Shown here: positions 9,870 to 21,895 of the stretch, piece after piece
Layout of the letters: every line of letters begins with the position of its first letter
Position numbering within the stretch: the first letter of the stretch is position 1
Assembly (NCBI GenBank): GCA_934167165.1
Contig: CAKPKG010000001.1
Coordinates: forward strand, 29,282-93,281
Length of the DNA: 64,000 nucleotides
Direction: 5' to 3'
DNA from: an uncultured Clostridia bacterium
GTDB taxonomy: Bacteria; Bacillota; Clostridia; TANB77; CAG-508
Made by a program: the position numbers and the translations under genes
Notes under the pieces: model-generated
Told to the model about the DNA's origin: nothing
Database searches by the model: none
What the model saw: the letters and a program-made list of their open reading frames with translations, nothing else

Positions 9870-11036
9870 TTATTCCTTTTCTAATTTTTTTGCATCGTCT
9901 ATTTGTTTTAATCCTAAATTTATAAAGTATACTATTACAAGCCAAGCAAGAACAGTCATTATAATTTGTATCAAATAGTATGGAGCCTCAATAGGCATAT
10001 CCCAAATTCCATGTAATACAACAGGAATTAAACATATTAATAAAAATCTTTTATCATTTAAATGTTTTTTGTCTAATTTATCAAAACCTTTTACATACAT
10101 TAAAGCTGCACCTTCTATAGCTGCCCAAGCAACATGGCCACCAGGAGCCAAGAAACCACGCAATTTAATAATTTCTAACATTGCTTGCAATCCGCTGTTA
10201 AGTCCAAATTTTAAAATATATCCAGCTGTTTCAAATGCCGCGAAACCGGCACCAACAGCAGCTCCAATTAATAATCCATCTAGTATATAATTGCTTTTTT
10301 TACTCTTAAATAAGAAAACTGCAACTATAACAGCTTTAGCTACTTCTTCTACTAATCCAATCAGTAAAGCACCTGTGTATGTTTGAGTTGTTGCATTAAC
10401 TTCAAAATATGGCAAAGAGAAATATAGAATTGCCAAAATCAATGATAATGCTCCACCCAGTATGAAATATTTTATTACTTTATAAAAAGGTATATTTCTA
10501 AATAAGTTAATTTCAAAGAAGAAAATAAGTACAGTTACAGGAATAGCGAATGCTGCTAACATAATCATAATTGGTAAAAAGTTTACATTTCCATAATCTA
10601 TAAAGCCTATACGTGTAGGTATATATGCAATTATAAAAAATACTAGTATTTTAAAATACACCCATGCACTTGCCTTGGTTGGGTCAATATCTTTTATTTT
10701 TGGAGTTGTTTTTTCCGAACCACAAATAAAAACTTCATCCAAATCTTCTTCAGTATGTTTTTTAAAGGTGTTTTTAAATAAATCCTTAAATGTTACATAG
10801 CTTTTTGATTTAGCACCTGTTATTTTATCTAAATGCTCAGTTATTACATTTGTAGCATTCTTTTTATTAATAGGATATCCACATTCTGGACAATTGGTTT
10901 CATCACCTTTTAATTTTTTACCACATTCAGGACAAGTTTCCAAATTAATTTTAATTCCACAATGAGGACAAGTTTTGGCACTTGATGATATGCTTTCTCC
11001 ACATTCTTCACATTTTATTAATGCCATATTATGCAC
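9870..11036 (-). CDS. zinc-ribbon plus PrsW-like intramembrane protease family protein
   Basis: Three N-terminal CxxC pairs, then a polytopic domain with EEVAKA and FAAFETAGY motifs typical of PrsW. Confidence 0.45.
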   Translation of the reverse strand: MHNMALIKCEECGESISSSAKTCPHCGIKINLETCPECGKKLKGDETNCPECGYPINKKNATNVITEHLDKITGAKSKSYVTFKDLFKNTFKKHTEEDLDEVFICGSEKTTPKIKDIDPTKASAWVYFKILVFFIIAYIPTRIGFIDYGNVNFLPIMIMLAAFAIPVTVLIFFFEINLFRNIPFYKVIKYFILGGALSLILAILYFSLPYFEVNATTQTYTGALLIGLVEEVAKAVIVAVFLFKSKKSNYILDGLLIGAAVGAGFAAFETAGYILKFGLNSGLQAMLEIIKLRGFLAPGGHVAWAAIEGAALMYVKGFDKLDKKHLNDKRFLLICLIPVVLHGIWDMPIEAPYYLIQIIMTVLAWLVIVYFINLGLKQIDDAKKLEKE

Positions 11037-11763
11037 CCCTTTCTGTCAAAGTAGATAAAATATGTTCTACTACACTATTAATTTCGGCAGAATTTGTATT
11101 TTCTTCTACAGAACCAACCATATATACTTTACCATTTATGATAACAGCATATCTATTATCAACAACGGAATGGCCACTACTAGTGTAATTGTATGCAAGT
11201 CCATAAACAGTTCTATTCCCAATAACACCTGAAACTAAATCAATTGTAATTTTTAAGTCAGGATAATATCCTCTCATATAGTCTGTAAAACTATTTAAAA
11301 ATTGTGTTTCATTATTAAATTGATCATATCTACCAACAATTATATATGGAGCTATAGGCCCTTGACTATCCATATTTTGACCTACATATATATAACCTTC
11401 TTTATCTGTAGTTACTTTATAAGTGCTTGGCACTTCAAAAGAAATTCCTAAATAAGCATCTGTGTAAACAGAATATCCATTGTTTGTTGATGGAGTTGAT
11501 GGATTAGAAGGATTTGATGGGTTTTGAGTACCAGTTCCCGTATTTGTATTATTTTTATTTGATTGTTGAAAAAATAAAAGGACAGCCACTACTATAACTA
11601 GCACTATTGCTACATATTTAAAGTTAAATTTATTTGTAAGAGTAGTACTTGAATTGTTAGTAGAAGTTTCCTTTTTGCTTTTTAATTCATAACCACATTT
11701 AGGACAAGAGTCGGCTTGATCACTTATTTGGCTATTGCATTCAGGGCATTTTATTAATGCCAT
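11029..11763 (-). CDS. zinc-ribbon membrane-anchored protein with Pro/Ser/Asn-rich linker
   Basis: CPECNSQ...CPKCG, one TM segment, then a low-complexity region and a globular domain. Confidence 0.4.
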   Translation of the reverse strand: MALIKCPECNSQISDQADSCPKCGYELKSKKETSTNNSSTTLTNKFNFKYVAIVLVIVVAVLLFFQQSNKNNTNTGTGTQNPSNPSNPSTPSTNNGYSVYTDAYLGISFEVPSTYKVTTDKEGYIYVGQNMDSQGPIAPYIIVGRYDQFNNETQFLNSFTDYMRGYYPDLKITIDLVSGVIGNRTVYGLAYNYTSSGHSVVDNRYAVIINGKVYMVGSVEENTNSAEINSVVEHILSTLTERGA

Positions 11764-11954
11764 AACATCACCTTCCTTTAAAACATATATATTTTAAAGT
11801 ATATACTATTTGTAAAGGAAATTAAATAGAACTACCAGAAAAGTCAATGACATTTTGGTAAAAATAGCAATTATTTTTAAGGGCAATAAAATAAATGTGA
11901 TTGACAGATTAGTGAAAATATAGTAGCATAAAATTAAGTAAAGGGGATAAATGT

Positions 11955-12692
11955 ATGTTTAGAAATCGTGGTGAAGTTCCTAATATTAATGTAGGCAAAG
12001 GAATTGATTTAGGTGAAAATGAAGGGTATAGTGCTCCACATTATAGCCATTATTGGAATGGAAGATTTATTATTATAAAATATGATAAGACTTTTGTAGC
12101 AATAGAATTAATTGCAGTACTGTTAATGCTAATAATTGCTTCTGCTACATATTTATTTACATATAAAGTTAGATTTGAAGATCCTATAGCTACAGTAAAA
12201 AGCAATTTCTTAACAGCTCAATTAATTTCAATAATAACCTCAATGGGTCTAATAGCAGTAGTAACATTTTTTACAAAAAGTAGTAAAGAAAAGTTAATAA
12301 GAAACTTAAAAATAATTTCAATTATATGTAGTGTAGCAATTATAGTGTTTTTAGGTATAAAAATCAGTATGGATAAAAAATATAATAAAAATGTTTTTGC
12401 GGAATTTTACGAAAAATATGAAAAAGTGAATAATACAAAGAACGCAAGTAAAATAAAAGTAGGAATAACAGGAGTTGAAATCCTAAATTCTAAAGAATCT
12501 TATATAGAAGATAGTACAAAAGCATACAATGTTTTTACAGTAAAAACTGTATTGTACATGGTTTTGCAAGTATTAATTGTAATTCTAACTATTTATTTAT
12601 CATATAGGTTAACTAATATAGAAATAAAAAAAGAGAGACTTGCAAAAGATGATGAGGTTTTGTATGACGAAGAACAAAATGTAAAGTATTAA
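11955..12692 (+). CDS. hypothetical membrane protein
   Basis: 245 aa with multiple TM segments. Promoter TTGACA-17-TAAAAT upstream. Confidence 0.35.
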   Translation: MFRNRGEVPNINVGKGIDLGENEGYSAPHYSHYWNGRFIIIKYDKTFVAIELIAVLLMLIIASATYLFTYKVRFEDPIATVKSNFLTAQLISIITSMGLIAVVTFFTKSSKEKLIRNLKIISIICSVAIIVFLGIKISMDKKYNKNVFAEFYEKYEKVNNTKNASKIKVGITGVEILNSKESYIEDSTKAYNVFTVKTVLYMVLQVLIVILTIYLSYRLTNIEIKKERLAKDDEVLYDEEQNVKY

Positions 12693-12778
12693 TAAAAAAA
12701 GAAAAACAGGAATATTCCTGTTTTTTTTGTATATAAAGTTTAAAAATTTTACGTATATAATAAGATTAGAATTCTTTT

Positions 12779-13282
12779 CTATAATTCATCATAAAATGTA
12801 TCTACATAAGTTGTTGCTTTTTCTGTTCCATCTGCTCTATTTATAGAAGAGCGAGCCATATTAAGTAAAGCAACAATTGCTATAAGAGTAACATCCACCA
12901 AACATGGTAGTAGATAATAAAAATAGCTATCTCCTGAAATGTAATAAATAGAAATTTGAAAAAGTACTTCTTTTATGTTTACAATTAAATTAATAAAGTC
13001 ATAAACAATTAACCATCCAACAGAAAGCATTGCTATAACGATATTTCTTTTTCCTACAATAAAATCTTTTGAAACAAGTTTGTTTAATGCTAATATAATA
13101 AAAACAAATGATACTGCTTCGAAAATCAATCCGAAATCAAAATTTTTATATAAAAGGATAGGAATTAGATAAGTTAAACCGTCAAATATCAATATTCCTA
13201 TACATATTTTTAAAATATTGATAGCTTTCTCTAAATAAACTTTTTCTATATGTTTTTTATTTTTTTGCTCTTCATAATCCAT
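12779..13282 (-). CDS. hypothetical membrane protein
   Basis: 167 aa with 4 TM segments. Confidence 0.35.
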   Translation of the reverse strand: MDYEEQKNKKHIEKVYLEKAINILKICIGILIFDGLTYLIPILLYKNFDFGLIFEAVSFVFIILALNKLVSKDFIVGKRNIVIAMLSVGWLIVYDFINLIVNIKEVLFQISIYYISGDSYFYYLLPCLVDVTLIAIVALLNMARSSINRADGTEKATTYVDTFYDEL

Positions 13283-13302
13283 TAAATGTCCCTACTTTCT
13301 TT

Positions 13303-15546
13303 TTAATATCCACCAGTTTCTTGTTGTAATGTAAGAGTAACAACAGTACCTTGCTCTACAGATTTTCCAGAAGCTACGTCTTGAGCAATTACAATTCCAG
13401 AACCATTTATTACTAAATTTAAATTAGAGGCTTCAGCGGAATTAACAGCACTTGCAGCCGACATTCCTTTAAAATTAGGAACCGTAGTTTCGCTTCTTTC
13501 ATTTGATTTTTCTGTAAATAAGTGTACAGTAGAATTTTCTATTAAAGATACACCAGGTTTTGGCAACTGGTCTGTTATTACCGTAGTAGAGGCATCTTCG
13601 TCACTAGCAATTTTAACAGAGAAACCAGCATCTTTTAGTATTTGTCTTGCTTCTGAAATTGTCTTACCTGTAACATCAGGAAGAACTGTTGTTGTATAAG
13701 TAGAACTTGTAGAACTACTTGCAATTTCATTGTTAGAAGGGATTCCTAAATATGGCAACACTTCTGATAAAATTTGTGATACAACTGGACCAGCTACTTG
13801 GCTACCTTGGAAGCTAAATCCTTTTGGATTATATATAGTAACTAGTACAACCACTTGAGTGTTTACAGTAGGGGCAAGGCCAATAAATGATGCAACATAA
13901 CCCTCATCTTCACTTCCAGATAAAGGTTCTGATGTACCAGTTTTACCACCAACAGAGTAACCTTGAACTCTAGCATATTTACCAGTACCTTCTGCAACAA
14001 CATACTCTAGCATATCCATTAACTTATCTGCAGTTTCTTTTGATACAACTTGTCTAATTTCTTTTGGCTCAACAGTGGTTACAGAATTTGTATCTGTGTT
14101 TCTAATTTCTTTAACTATTCTTGGTTGCATAAGAACTCCCTCATTTGCAATAGAAGATACTGCAGTAATCAATTGGATAGGAGTAATTGTGAATCTTTGC
14201 CCAAATGACATTGTAGCGACATTGAATTCATTAATACTGTTTTCTGGGAAAAATACACTATTTGATTCCCCATAAAAATATGGGCTAGTTTTATTAAATA
14301 GGCCAAAAGCTCTATAATATTTATACAATGTTTTAGCTCCTATTTTTGTACCTAATTGTATAAAAGCAGGGTTACAAGAGTTTGCTAAAGCATCTCTTAA
14401 ACTTTCTGAACCATGAGGATTATTGTGCCTCCAGCAGTTCATTGTAACACTAGAAACTTGCTCTGAACCAGAACAATAGAAATCACCGCGGTGGTCTGTA
14501 GTAATAATTCCCTCTTCTAATCCAGCAGCAGCAGTAATAATTTTAAATGTAGAACCAGGCTCGTATGTGCTTTGAACAGCACTGTTATTCCACATTTTAT
14601 AAAGTGCAGAGTCTTTTTCTTGAGCAGATAAAGTATCCCATTTTTCTTTTAATTCTTCAGAATTTATTGTATAAGGTGTGTTTAAATCATAGTCAGGATA
14701 TGTAGACATTGCTAAAATATCTCCATTAGATGGATTCATTACAATAACATTTCCACCATCTGCTTTATTATCAATAACTGCTTGAGAAAGATATTTATCT
14801 ACTATTAATTGAATATTTGCATCTAAAGTAAGAGTAACATCATTACCATTTTGAGCTGGAACATAAGAAATTTCACCATTAGGGATTTCTCCATTTATTG
14901 AGTCTGTTGTAGAAAGAAGTTTACCAGCAGTTCCAGATAGAAGGTTATCAAGACTATATTCCAATCCCATAGCACCAGAACCATCAGAACGAGTAAATCC
15001 GATTAGGTTAGAAGCAAGATTGTTGTATGGATAAGATCTTTTATTATCATCTTCTATTCTAATTCCATAATCAATTTTATTATCAGAAAGCCAACTTTCA
15101 AGCAACACGATTTTTTCATGATCTACTTTTTCAACTATTTTAAAAGAATTAGTTTTAGTATTAAGCTTGTCTAATGTTTCTGTATAATCAAGCTCAAAAA
15201 TTTCGCTAAATTTATGTGCTAAAATTTCTTTATTCACTTCAGTCTTATCTCTATATTTCACTTCAGGAGGATTTACATATACAGTGTCAACACTAGTGCT
15301 TTTTGCAAGAATTTTACCAGTAGAATCAAATATTGTGCCTCTAGAAGGATTAATGACTTTATTAGCAATTTGCCTTTGAACAGCTTCTTCTTTTAGTTGA
15401 GAGCCTTGAACAAATTGAAGTACACATAAACGTAAAACTAACAAAATAAGTAGAACAAAGCCAATTATAAGAGAGGTACGTAATCTCTTTTTACCTTTAT
15501 TATCTATTTGAATAATCTTTGATTTTCTTTTCATAAAACTAATCAC
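13303..15546 (-). CDS. class B penicillin-binding protein with PASTA domains (SpoVD/PBP2B-like)
   Basis: N-terminal TM, dimerisation domain, transpeptidase domain (STFK, SCN, KTG motifs) and C-terminal PASTA repeats. Confidence 0.75.
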   Translation of the reverse strand: MISFMKRKSKIIQIDNKGKKRLRTSLIIGFVLLILLVLRLCVLQFVQGSQLKEEAVQRQIANKVINPSRGTIFDSTGKILAKSTSVDTVYVNPPEVKYRDKTEVNKEILAHKFSEIFELDYTETLDKLNTKTNSFKIVEKVDHEKIVLLESWLSDNKIDYGIRIEDDNKRSYPYNNLASNLIGFTRSDGSGAMGLEYSLDNLLSGTAGKLLSTTDSINGEIPNGEISYVPAQNGNDVTLTLDANIQLIVDKYLSQAVIDNKADGGNVIVMNPSNGDILAMSTYPDYDLNTPYTINSEELKEKWDTLSAQEKDSALYKMWNNSAVQSTYEPGSTFKIITAAAGLEEGIITTDHRGDFYCSGSEQVSSVTMNCWRHNNPHGSESLRDALANSCNPAFIQLGTKIGAKTLYKYYRAFGLFNKTSPYFYGESNSVFFPENSINEFNVATMSFGQRFTITPIQLITAVSSIANEGVLMQPRIVKEIRNTDTNSVTTVEPKEIRQVVSKETADKLMDMLEYVVAEGTGKYARVQGYSVGGKTGTSEPLSGSEDEGYVASFIGLAPTVNTQVVVLVTIYNPKGFSFQGSQVAGPVVSQILSEVLPYLGIPSNNEIASSSTSSTYTTTVLPDVTGKTISEARQILKDAGFSVKIASDEDASTTVITDQLPKPGVSLIENSTVHLFTEKSNERSETTVPNFKGMSAASAVNSAEASNLNLVINGSGIVIAQDVASGKSVEQGTVVTLTLQQETGGY

Positions 15547-15666
15547 CTATATAATTAATTTAATATAAAGAAATTGTATATTAACAAACAAAAAAAATCA
15601 ATAAAATTACTAAAAAACAATGGAATAAAAAAAGTATATAGTGTATAATTATAAAGGTGAATTTTA

Positions 15667-16522
15667 GTGAATTTATATGAAGAAACAAAATATATTTTAA
15701 AAAAGTATAACATTACAGCAAATAAAAAGTTAGGACAAAATTTTTTGATAGACGAAAATGCAATAGAAAAAACAATAGAAGGCAGTAAAGCAAATAAAAA
15801 TGATTTAATAATAGAAATAGGCCCAGGACTTCGGAACTCTTACAAAAGCATTACTAGAAGCAGCAGGAAAAGTTATATGTATAGAATTAGATACTAGAAT
15901 GATACAAATTTTAAATGACAGATTTTCTATTTACAATAATTTTGAATTAATAAACAATGATGTATTAAAAGTAGATTTAAAAAAATTAATAAAAGAGAAT
16001 AAAAAAGATAAAATAAAAAATGTTAAAATAGTAGCTAATTTGCCATATTATATTACAACACCTATAATAATGAAATTATTAGAAGAACGTTTGGAAATAG
16101 AAAGTATTACAGTAATGGTTCAAAAAGAAGTTGCAGATAGATTGGTTGCAAAACCAGGAGAAAAAAATTCAGGAGCTATAACATGTGCAATTAGCTATTT
16201 TGCAGAAGCGGAAAAAGTACTAGAGGTACCAAACACTTCGTTTATGCCAGCTCCAGAGGTTAATTCAAGTATTATAAAGCTAAACATACTAAAAGAACCT
16301 TCTGTTAAAGTAGAAGATGAAGAAATGTTATTTAAAGTAATAAGACTTGCTTTTGCTCAAAAGAGAAAAACACTTTTAAATGCACTAACAAATGGAAAGT
16401 TGGCAAGCAAAGAGCAAATAGAAAAAATGCTTATGGATTTAAATTTAGACTTAAGAATTAGAGGCGAGAAATTATCCTTACAAGATTTTGCAAATATTGC
16501 AGATTATATGCAAAATATATAA
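15667..16522 (+). CDS. rsmA: 16S rRNA (adenine1518/1519-N6)-dimethyltransferase RsmA/KsgA; contains an in-frame CGGA at the GPGLG motif
   Basis: QNFLIDENAIEKTIE...IIEIGPGL then CGGA at 15832. The +1 frame continues GTLTKALLEAAGKVICIELD. Confidence 0.8.
15832..15835 (+). other. in-frame CGGA where conserved Gly (GGA) is required: KsgA GPGL-G-TLT
   Basis: The triplet frame stops after 22 codons. The quadruplet read restores full KsgA. Confidence 0.7.
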
Positions 16523-16537
16523 ATTAGGAGGAAACAA

Positions 16538-16888
16538 ATGAAAAAAGAAAGAGGAATAACTTTAGTTGCATTAATAGCAACAGTAATAGTAATGTTAATT
16601 CTTTTAACAGTAACAGTGACTGTGTCTGTTAAAAAAGGAGGACTAGTAGATACATCAAGAGAAGCTGCAGATTCTACAAGAGCGCTTGAAGTTGATAAAG
16701 CTAAAGAATTATGGTTAATGGAAAAAGAAGAAGATGAAGATGATGGAGTAGAAGCTAAATCTTTAAAAGAACTATTAACAGAATTGCAAGACCAGGAATT
16801 GCTTACAAAAGAAGAGGCACAAACAATAGAAGCAACAGGAACAATAACAATAGCAGGAAGAACAATAACATTTTCAAGAGATGAATAA
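16538..16888 (+). CDS. small pilin-like protein (class III signal-like N-terminus KERGITLVALIATVIV, no Glu5)
   Basis: N-terminal prepilin-like hydrophobic helix followed by an acidic, coiled C-terminus. Confidence 0.45.
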   Translation: MKKERGITLVALIATVIVMLILLTVTVTVSVKKGGLVDTSREAADSTRALEVDKAKELWLMEKEEDEDDGVEAKSLKELLTELQDQELLTKEEAQTIEATGTITIAGRTITFSRDE

Positions 16889-17015
16889 TTTGAAAAGGGA
16901 ATCACAAAGTATAGTGGTTCCTTTTTTGAACACATTCGGGCATAGAAATTGACAAAATAGCCATTTTGAGGTACAATTATAATGTTTTGATTATAAAAAG
17001 GAGAGATAAAAATAT

Positions 17016-19023
17016 ATGTCAAATTTTAATATTAAATTGCTAAAAAATCTAGAATCAAAAACAAAAGTATATTTAACAATAATAGCAATTATCTTAATAG
17101 CATTATGTGTAAACAATATAGCATATATAGTTCCAAGCATAAGCGGATATGTACTAATAATTGTATATACAGTGTGGGTTTATAAAAGAAGAAAAAGTGA
17201 AATATCAGATTATATAACAGATTTAACAATAAATGTGGATTCAGCTGCAAAAAACACATTAATAAATTCACCATTTCCACTAATAATATTAGAAACAGAT
17301 GGAAATGTTATATGGAAAAGTTCAAAATTTAATAAAGAGTTTGCAAATGTTGGTATAAATTCATATATAGACGATATTGCAAAAGAAATAAAAATGGATA
17401 TAGAAAACCAAAAAAAGGTTGAAATAGATAAAGAGATAAACATAGAAGATAAAGTTTATCATGTAATTGGAAACTTTGTAAAAATAAAACAAAAAAACCT
17501 TAAAAAAACAAGTAAATATATGACAATATTATATTTTATGGACATAACAGAAAAACAAGAGACATTAAAAAAATATGAAGACTCAAAAGCATGTATAGGA
17601 ATAATAATGATAGACAACTATGAAGAAATAATACAAAGAATTCAAGCAGAAGAAAGACCTCAAATAATGGCAGAAATAGAAAAAGACTTATATGATTGGG
17701 CAAGTGAGTCAGAAGGGGTTATGATAAAAAAGGAAAGAGATACATTTGTATTTGTCTTTGAACAAAAATTCCTAGAAAAAATGAAAGAAGAAAAATTCTC
17801 TATACTAGATAAAATAAAAGAAATAAGAAATGACGAAAGATTACAAATAACATTAAGTATAGCAATTTCAAATGAAGGAAATACAAATTATGAAAAATAC
17901 AAATCAGCAACAGATGCAATGGATATTGCATTAGGTAGAGGTGGAGACCAAGCTGTTATTAAAACAGAAGGAAAATATTTATTCTTTGGTGGAAGAGCAC
18001 AAGAGTTAGAAAAAAGAACAAAAGTAAAAGCAAGAGTTGTAGCACACGCACTTGAAGAATTAATTGAAGGTTCACAAAATGTAATAATAATGGGGCATTT
18101 GAATGCAGATATAGATTCAATGGGATCAAGTCTTGGATTATATAGGTTTGCAAAAAATCTAAATAAAGATGCTTATATAGTAAATAACAAAACAGGTTTA
18201 TCTTTAGATAGTTTTATAGAAACATTAGAAAAACAAGAAGAATATAAAGATATATTAGTTGACAAAAACAAAGCATTATCACTAATTACAGAAAATACTT
18301 TGCTTATAATAACAGATACTCATAAAAAAAGTTATGTAGAGGTACCAGAGTTACTAGATAAAACAGAAAGAATAGTAGTTGTTGATCACCATAGAAGAGG
18401 AACAGATTATATAGAGAATGCAACACTTACTTTCCATGAAGCATATGCCTCTTCAGCAGCAGAATTAGTAACAGAAATTATAGAATATGCAACAAATGAT
18501 ATTGTACTAAATCAAATAGAAGCAGAAAGTTTGTATGCAGGAATTATGGTAGATACAAAGAATTTTACATTTAAAACCGGTGTAAGAACATTTGAAGCCG
18601 CAGCATATTTAAGAAAATATGGTATAGATATAATAAAAATAAAAAAATGGTTCCAAAGCGATTTGGAAAGTTATAATGTTATTGCAGACATTGTAAAAAA
18701 AGCAGAGGTAATAAACGAAACAATAGGAATTTCTGAATATGAAGAAAAAGATAAAAATGCAAATTTAATATGTGCAAAAGCAGCAGACGAGCTTCTTACA
18801 ATAAGTAATATAACTGCATCATTTGTAATAGGAAACTTGGGAGATAAAATATGTATTAGTGGACGTTCAATAGGTGATATAAATGTTCAAATAATACTAG
18901 AAAAACTTCGGAGGCGGAGGACATATTACACTTGCAGGAGCACAATTGGAAGGAATGACTATGGAAGAAGCAAAACACGAATTGGTAATAAGAATAAATG
19001 AATATTTTACAGAACAATCTTAA
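17016..19023 (+). CDS. gdpP: c-di-AMP phosphodiesterase GdpP (2TM-PAS-GGDEF-like-DHH-DHHA1); in-frame CGGA at the GGGH motif
   Basis: DHH motif VVVDHHRRG. The DHHA1 motif EKL-[CGGA]-GGGH requires a quadruplet read at 18909. Confidence 0.75.
18909..18912 (+). other. in-frame CGGA at the GdpP DHHA1 GGGH glycine
   Basis: ctt CGGA ggc gga gga cat reads L G G G G H if CGGA is Gly. Confidence 0.7.
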
Positions 19024-19243
19024 AATATACAATAAACCACTAAAAAAGATAAAATTTAAGAGACAAAAGAGAAATATTTAAGTAATTATATCACAAAATG
19101 CAAAAAACTTTTTCTTATTTGACAACTATATACGACAAAAAAATAAGCTTAGAAATGGTAGAATAACTAAACGTAAGGATGGACTAGCATAATGTTAGTC
19201 CAAATACACAAAAGAATAGAAAGAGTGTGAAGGTGGTAAAAGG

Positions 19244-21462
19244 ATGTTTCAAAATTTATCAGATGAAAATCAAGAAGAATATATAGAAGAACAAAACGAA
19301 GAGATAGAAAACAAAAAGAAAATTAATCTTAAAGAATTATTTTCAATATCTAATATAATTTTATATGCAATATCATTTATGGCATCAATGGTCAGCTTTG
19401 GAGGAGAATTTGCTCCATTTGGACTGGCAATATTTGCAGCAGTATGTAGCAATGAAATACCATCAGGGCTAGTATACATTTTTGCGGGAATAGGTACACT
19501 TATAGGTTTTGGGCCAGGTGGATTTTTATCGTACTTATTGAGTTCATTAATATTTATAGCATTGCTATTAATATTTAAACCTAAAAGAAGATATCCAGCT
19601 AGAAATGAGAAGCAAAAACTAGGCTTTTATGTTTTTATTTCTACTCTTATAGTACAAGCTGGCAAAATGTTTTTTACAATGTTTTTAGTATATGACCTAT
19701 TGGCAAGTATTGTTTTTGCCTTAATATCATATATGTTTTATAAGATATTTACAAATTCAATTACAGTTGTAAAAGAATACGGAAAAAAGATGGCATTTAC
19801 AGTAGAAGAGGTAATGGGAGCAAGTTTATTAGTATCAATTGCTTTATATTCTTTACATGGATTAAAAGTATTTGGATTATCAATTAGTAATATATTAAGC
19901 ATAATGTTGGTATTATTCCTAGGTTGGAAAAATGGGATGTTAGTAGGAGCTACATCTGGTATAACAATAGGAATGGTTTTGGGAATAATTGGATCAAGCA
20001 GTCCAGTGTTAGTTGCATCTTACGCAATATCTCGGAATGTTTGCAGGAATGTTAAACAAATTAGGAAAAATAGGAGTTATAGTAGGATTTTGTTTGGGAA
20101 ATGCAATACTTACATATGTTGCAAATGGGAATACAATAGCAGTAATTACAATAAGAGAAATATTAATAGCTTCGTTAGGATTATTATTAATACCTAAAAA
20201 TGTAAATATAGATATTTCAGATATTGTTGGAAAAACAAAGCTTTTACCAGTAACAGGTGGAGCTCTAAATGAAGGAACCAAAACAGCAGAAAAATTAAAT
20301 ACAGTTTCAGAAACAATTTCGGAAATAGCAAGAAGCTATCAAGAAGTTGCGGCAACAACAGTGGAAACAGAAGAAGAGCTTGAAAAAGAGGCAAAAAAAC
20401 AATTTAGAGAAGAATTATTAAATAATTTAGAAGATTTTTCAGATAATTTACTTTATGAAGATTTTATGGAAATGGAAGATGACTTATTAGACAATATATA
20501 CGAAGTGCTAGAAAAAGATGAAGAAATAAACAAAGAAAAGCTATTAGAGTTATTGGAAACCAACAATAACTATATAATTGGGTTAGATAATGAAGAGACT
20601 AAAAAAGAAATAGAAGATAATTTAGAGCAAATAGCAAAAACAATAAATCATACATATAGAATAAATAAGCTAAATTTAGTATGGAAACAAAGAGAAGCAA
20701 GCAATAAAAAAACTTTAGCAAATCAATTAGGTGGAGTTTCAAAAGTAATATCTTCATTAGCAGATGACATAGAAGAAAAAGAAGAAAAGAAAAAAGAAGA
20801 AATTAAGTTTAATTTAAAAATAACATCAGCAAAAGTAACAAAAAGTAAAAGCGAAGTATCAGGAGATACAAGCATACAAACTAAACTACATGATGGAAAA
20901 TTTATGATGGCAATAAGTGATGGAATGGGATCACGGGCCAAGAGCTAAAAAAAGTAGTTCAACAGTTATAAAAATGCTAGAAAGATTATTAAAAACAGGA
21001 TTTGATAAAGATGTTTCAATAGGACTAATAAATTCATCTGTTAACTTAAATTCAAATGAAGAAACATATGCAACAATAGACATATCTGTTTTTAATAGAA
21101 ATACAGGAAATATAGAATTTGTAAAAAATGGCGCATGTCCAACATTTATAAAATCAAAAAACAAAGTAGAAGTAATAAAAGCTATATCATTACCAGCAGG
21201 AATTGTAGACAAAATAGACCTAGTAGTATATGACAAGGATTTAAAAGGTGGAGAAATTGTTGTAATGTGCAGTGATGGAATATTAGAATCTAACCAAGAG
21301 CTAGAGAATAAAGAATTATGGGTAAAAGATATGTTAGAGAACATAGAAACAGATGATGTTCAAAAAATAGCCGATATAGTATTACAAGAAGCAATAGACA
21401 ATGATTATGGAATACCAAAAGACGACATGACAGTACTAGTTGCAAAAATTGAGAAAATATAA
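19244..21462 (+). CDS. spoIIE: stage II sporulation protein E (membrane PP2C phosphatase); two in-frame CGGR sites
   Basis: About 10 N-terminal TM segments and a C-terminal PP2C domain (ISDGMGSG.RAK). Sites at 20033 (CGGA) and 20934 (CGGG). Confidence 0.75.
20033..20036 (+). other. in-frame CGGA in the SpoIIE TM region (AIS-G-MFAGML)
   Basis: Joins the 19244 ORF and the 20013 ORF. Confidence 0.65.
20934..20937 (+). other. in-frame CGGG at the SpoIIE PP2C motif DGMGS-G-PRAK
   Basis: Joins the 20013 ORF and the 20917 ORF. Confidence 0.7.
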
Positions 21463-21605
21463 AATTTGTCAAAAAGTATTTACAAAATTTGAAAATATGT
21501 TATAATAAAAATAGGAAATGGAGAACCACAAACGTGGTTTGCCAGTCTTTTGTGAAGAACACATCTAACTGCCAAGTTTACAGATGTGTTTTTTGTTGGA
21601 AATAA
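21463..21605 (+). promoter_or_regulatory. duplicated promoter and small-RNA module, copy 1 (starts at the spoIIE stop codon)
   Basis: aatttgtcaaaaagtatttacaaaa...tataat promoter, transcript ggagaaccacaaacgtggtttgcc..., terminator aacacatct..agatgtgtttttt. Near-identical copy at 44682. Confidence 0.5.
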
Positions 21606-21694
21606 AAGTCAATAAAAATTGCCAAAAAAACAACAAAAAATATAATATATAAATAATTGACAAAAGAGTAAAAAAATTATAAAATATAATACAG

Positions 21695-21880
21695 TAAAAA
21701 GCGTTTGATAAATGGAAATAATTAAAAATTATTTTGTGACACATTTAGAGCTATATAAAAAAATCAAAAAAAGTGGGATTACAATCCAATAAGGGTGGCA
21801 CCGCGGAGAATAAAGAATCTTCGTCCCTGTATACTAGTGTATACAGGGACTTTTTGTGTGTAAAAGATGCTTTTTTCTAA
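21695..21880 (+). promoter_or_regulatory. T-box riboswitch leader of aspS
   Basis: Promoter TTGACA-17-TAAAAT, T-box motif aataagggtggcaccgcgg, terminator tccctgtatac...gtatacaggga plus Ts. Confidence 0.8.
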
Positions 21881-21895
21881 AGGGAGGAAAAAAAT

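Noticed and set aside
16504-17022. 172-aa minus-strand ORF
   Set aside because: Antisense to the pilin-like gene and the ksgA end. Ser-rich low-complexity translation that is typical of a spurious reverse frame.
21500-21560. Short ORF in the duplicated module (MENHKRGLPV...)
   Set aside because: The SD is only 1 nt from the ATG. The two copies diverge completely after 10 codons because of an indel. RNA-level or promoter-level conservation is more plausible.
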